From contig JBJOMY010000001.1 in NCBI GenBank assembly GCA_046052125.1, positions 1 to 64,000 on the forward strand: DNA of 64,000 nucleotides, read 5' to 3'. The position numbers and the translations under genes were made by a program. Positions within the stretch are counted from its first letter, which is position 1, and every line of letters starts with the position of its first letter. Positions 63,735 through 64,000 of this stretch are shown here, one piece after another. The notes beneath the pieces are model-generated. The model had not been told where the DNA came from, ran no database searches, and worked only from the letters and a program-made list of their open reading frames with translations. Source of the stretch: Cyanobacteriota bacterium. GTDB taxonomy: Bacteria; Cyanobacteriota; Cyanobacteriia; PCC-6307; Cyanobiaceae.

Positions 63735-64000
63735 CTAGGCAGCGCTCTGGCTGCAGGTTTCGATCAGCCGCTTGTGGATCAGCAGCGTTGCGGCCGCTTC
63801 AGCGCTGAGGCCCGCCAGATCCTCACGGCCCAGCAGGCGCTGCTGCTCGCTCTGGCCGTGCCGCTCCAGTTCGTGGTCGTAGCAGCGGTCGTAGTAATCG
63901 AGCATCTGGCGGGCGGCATCGGCCCAGCGGCTCTGCTCGATCGCTTCGAGGGCGGCGGCGGTGCGTTGAGGCCCGAGCCGGCGGGCGATGCGCTGGGTGG
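63735..64000 (-). CDS. mnmH: tRNA 2-selenouridine/geranyl synthase, 3' part (5' truncated; not in the ORF track)
   Basis: Minus frame reads TQRIARRLGPQRT..ALEAI...W..AARQMLDYYDRCYDH, matching the SelU/MnmH C-terminal YYD..Y motif. Confidence 0.75.
   Translation of the reverse strand, partial: TQRIARRLGPQRTAAALEAIEQSRWADAARQMLDYYDRCYDHELERHGQSEQQRLLGREDLAGLSAEAAATLLIHKRLIETCSQSAA

Overview
High-GC picocyanobacterial (Synechococcus/Cyanobium/Vulcanococcus-like) chromosomal segment made up almost entirely of core genes. In order: psbA 3' end, mntCAB-type Mn/Zn ABC transporter, lepB, menDB, glgA, murF, glmU, aroA, ubiD, amiC-murI-sds, acs, tRNA-Pro(GGG), msrA, trpD-carA-STAS-mrnC-rlmB, gatA, dnaE, rpsO, ruvA, dnaG, umuDC, rsmA-ispE, pdhB-secDF, psb28 and the mnmH 3' end. 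No mobile element, prophage or CRISPR array is visible. Main observations: (1) a divergent pair of NblA-like paralogs, each with its own canonical NtcA class II promoter, flanking a third small ORF; (2) a murI that looks non-cyanobacterial but occupies the native locus, suggesting in-place xenologous replacement; (3) a stand-alone DUF723-like Zn domain, a type normally seen in phage/virus endonucleases, just upstream of a YraN nuclease; (4) candidate non-canonical start codons in the STAS-mrnC pair; (5) small unannotated membrane microproteins; (6) a LexA box upstream of umuDC. All family assignments come from motif recognition by eye; no database search was run.
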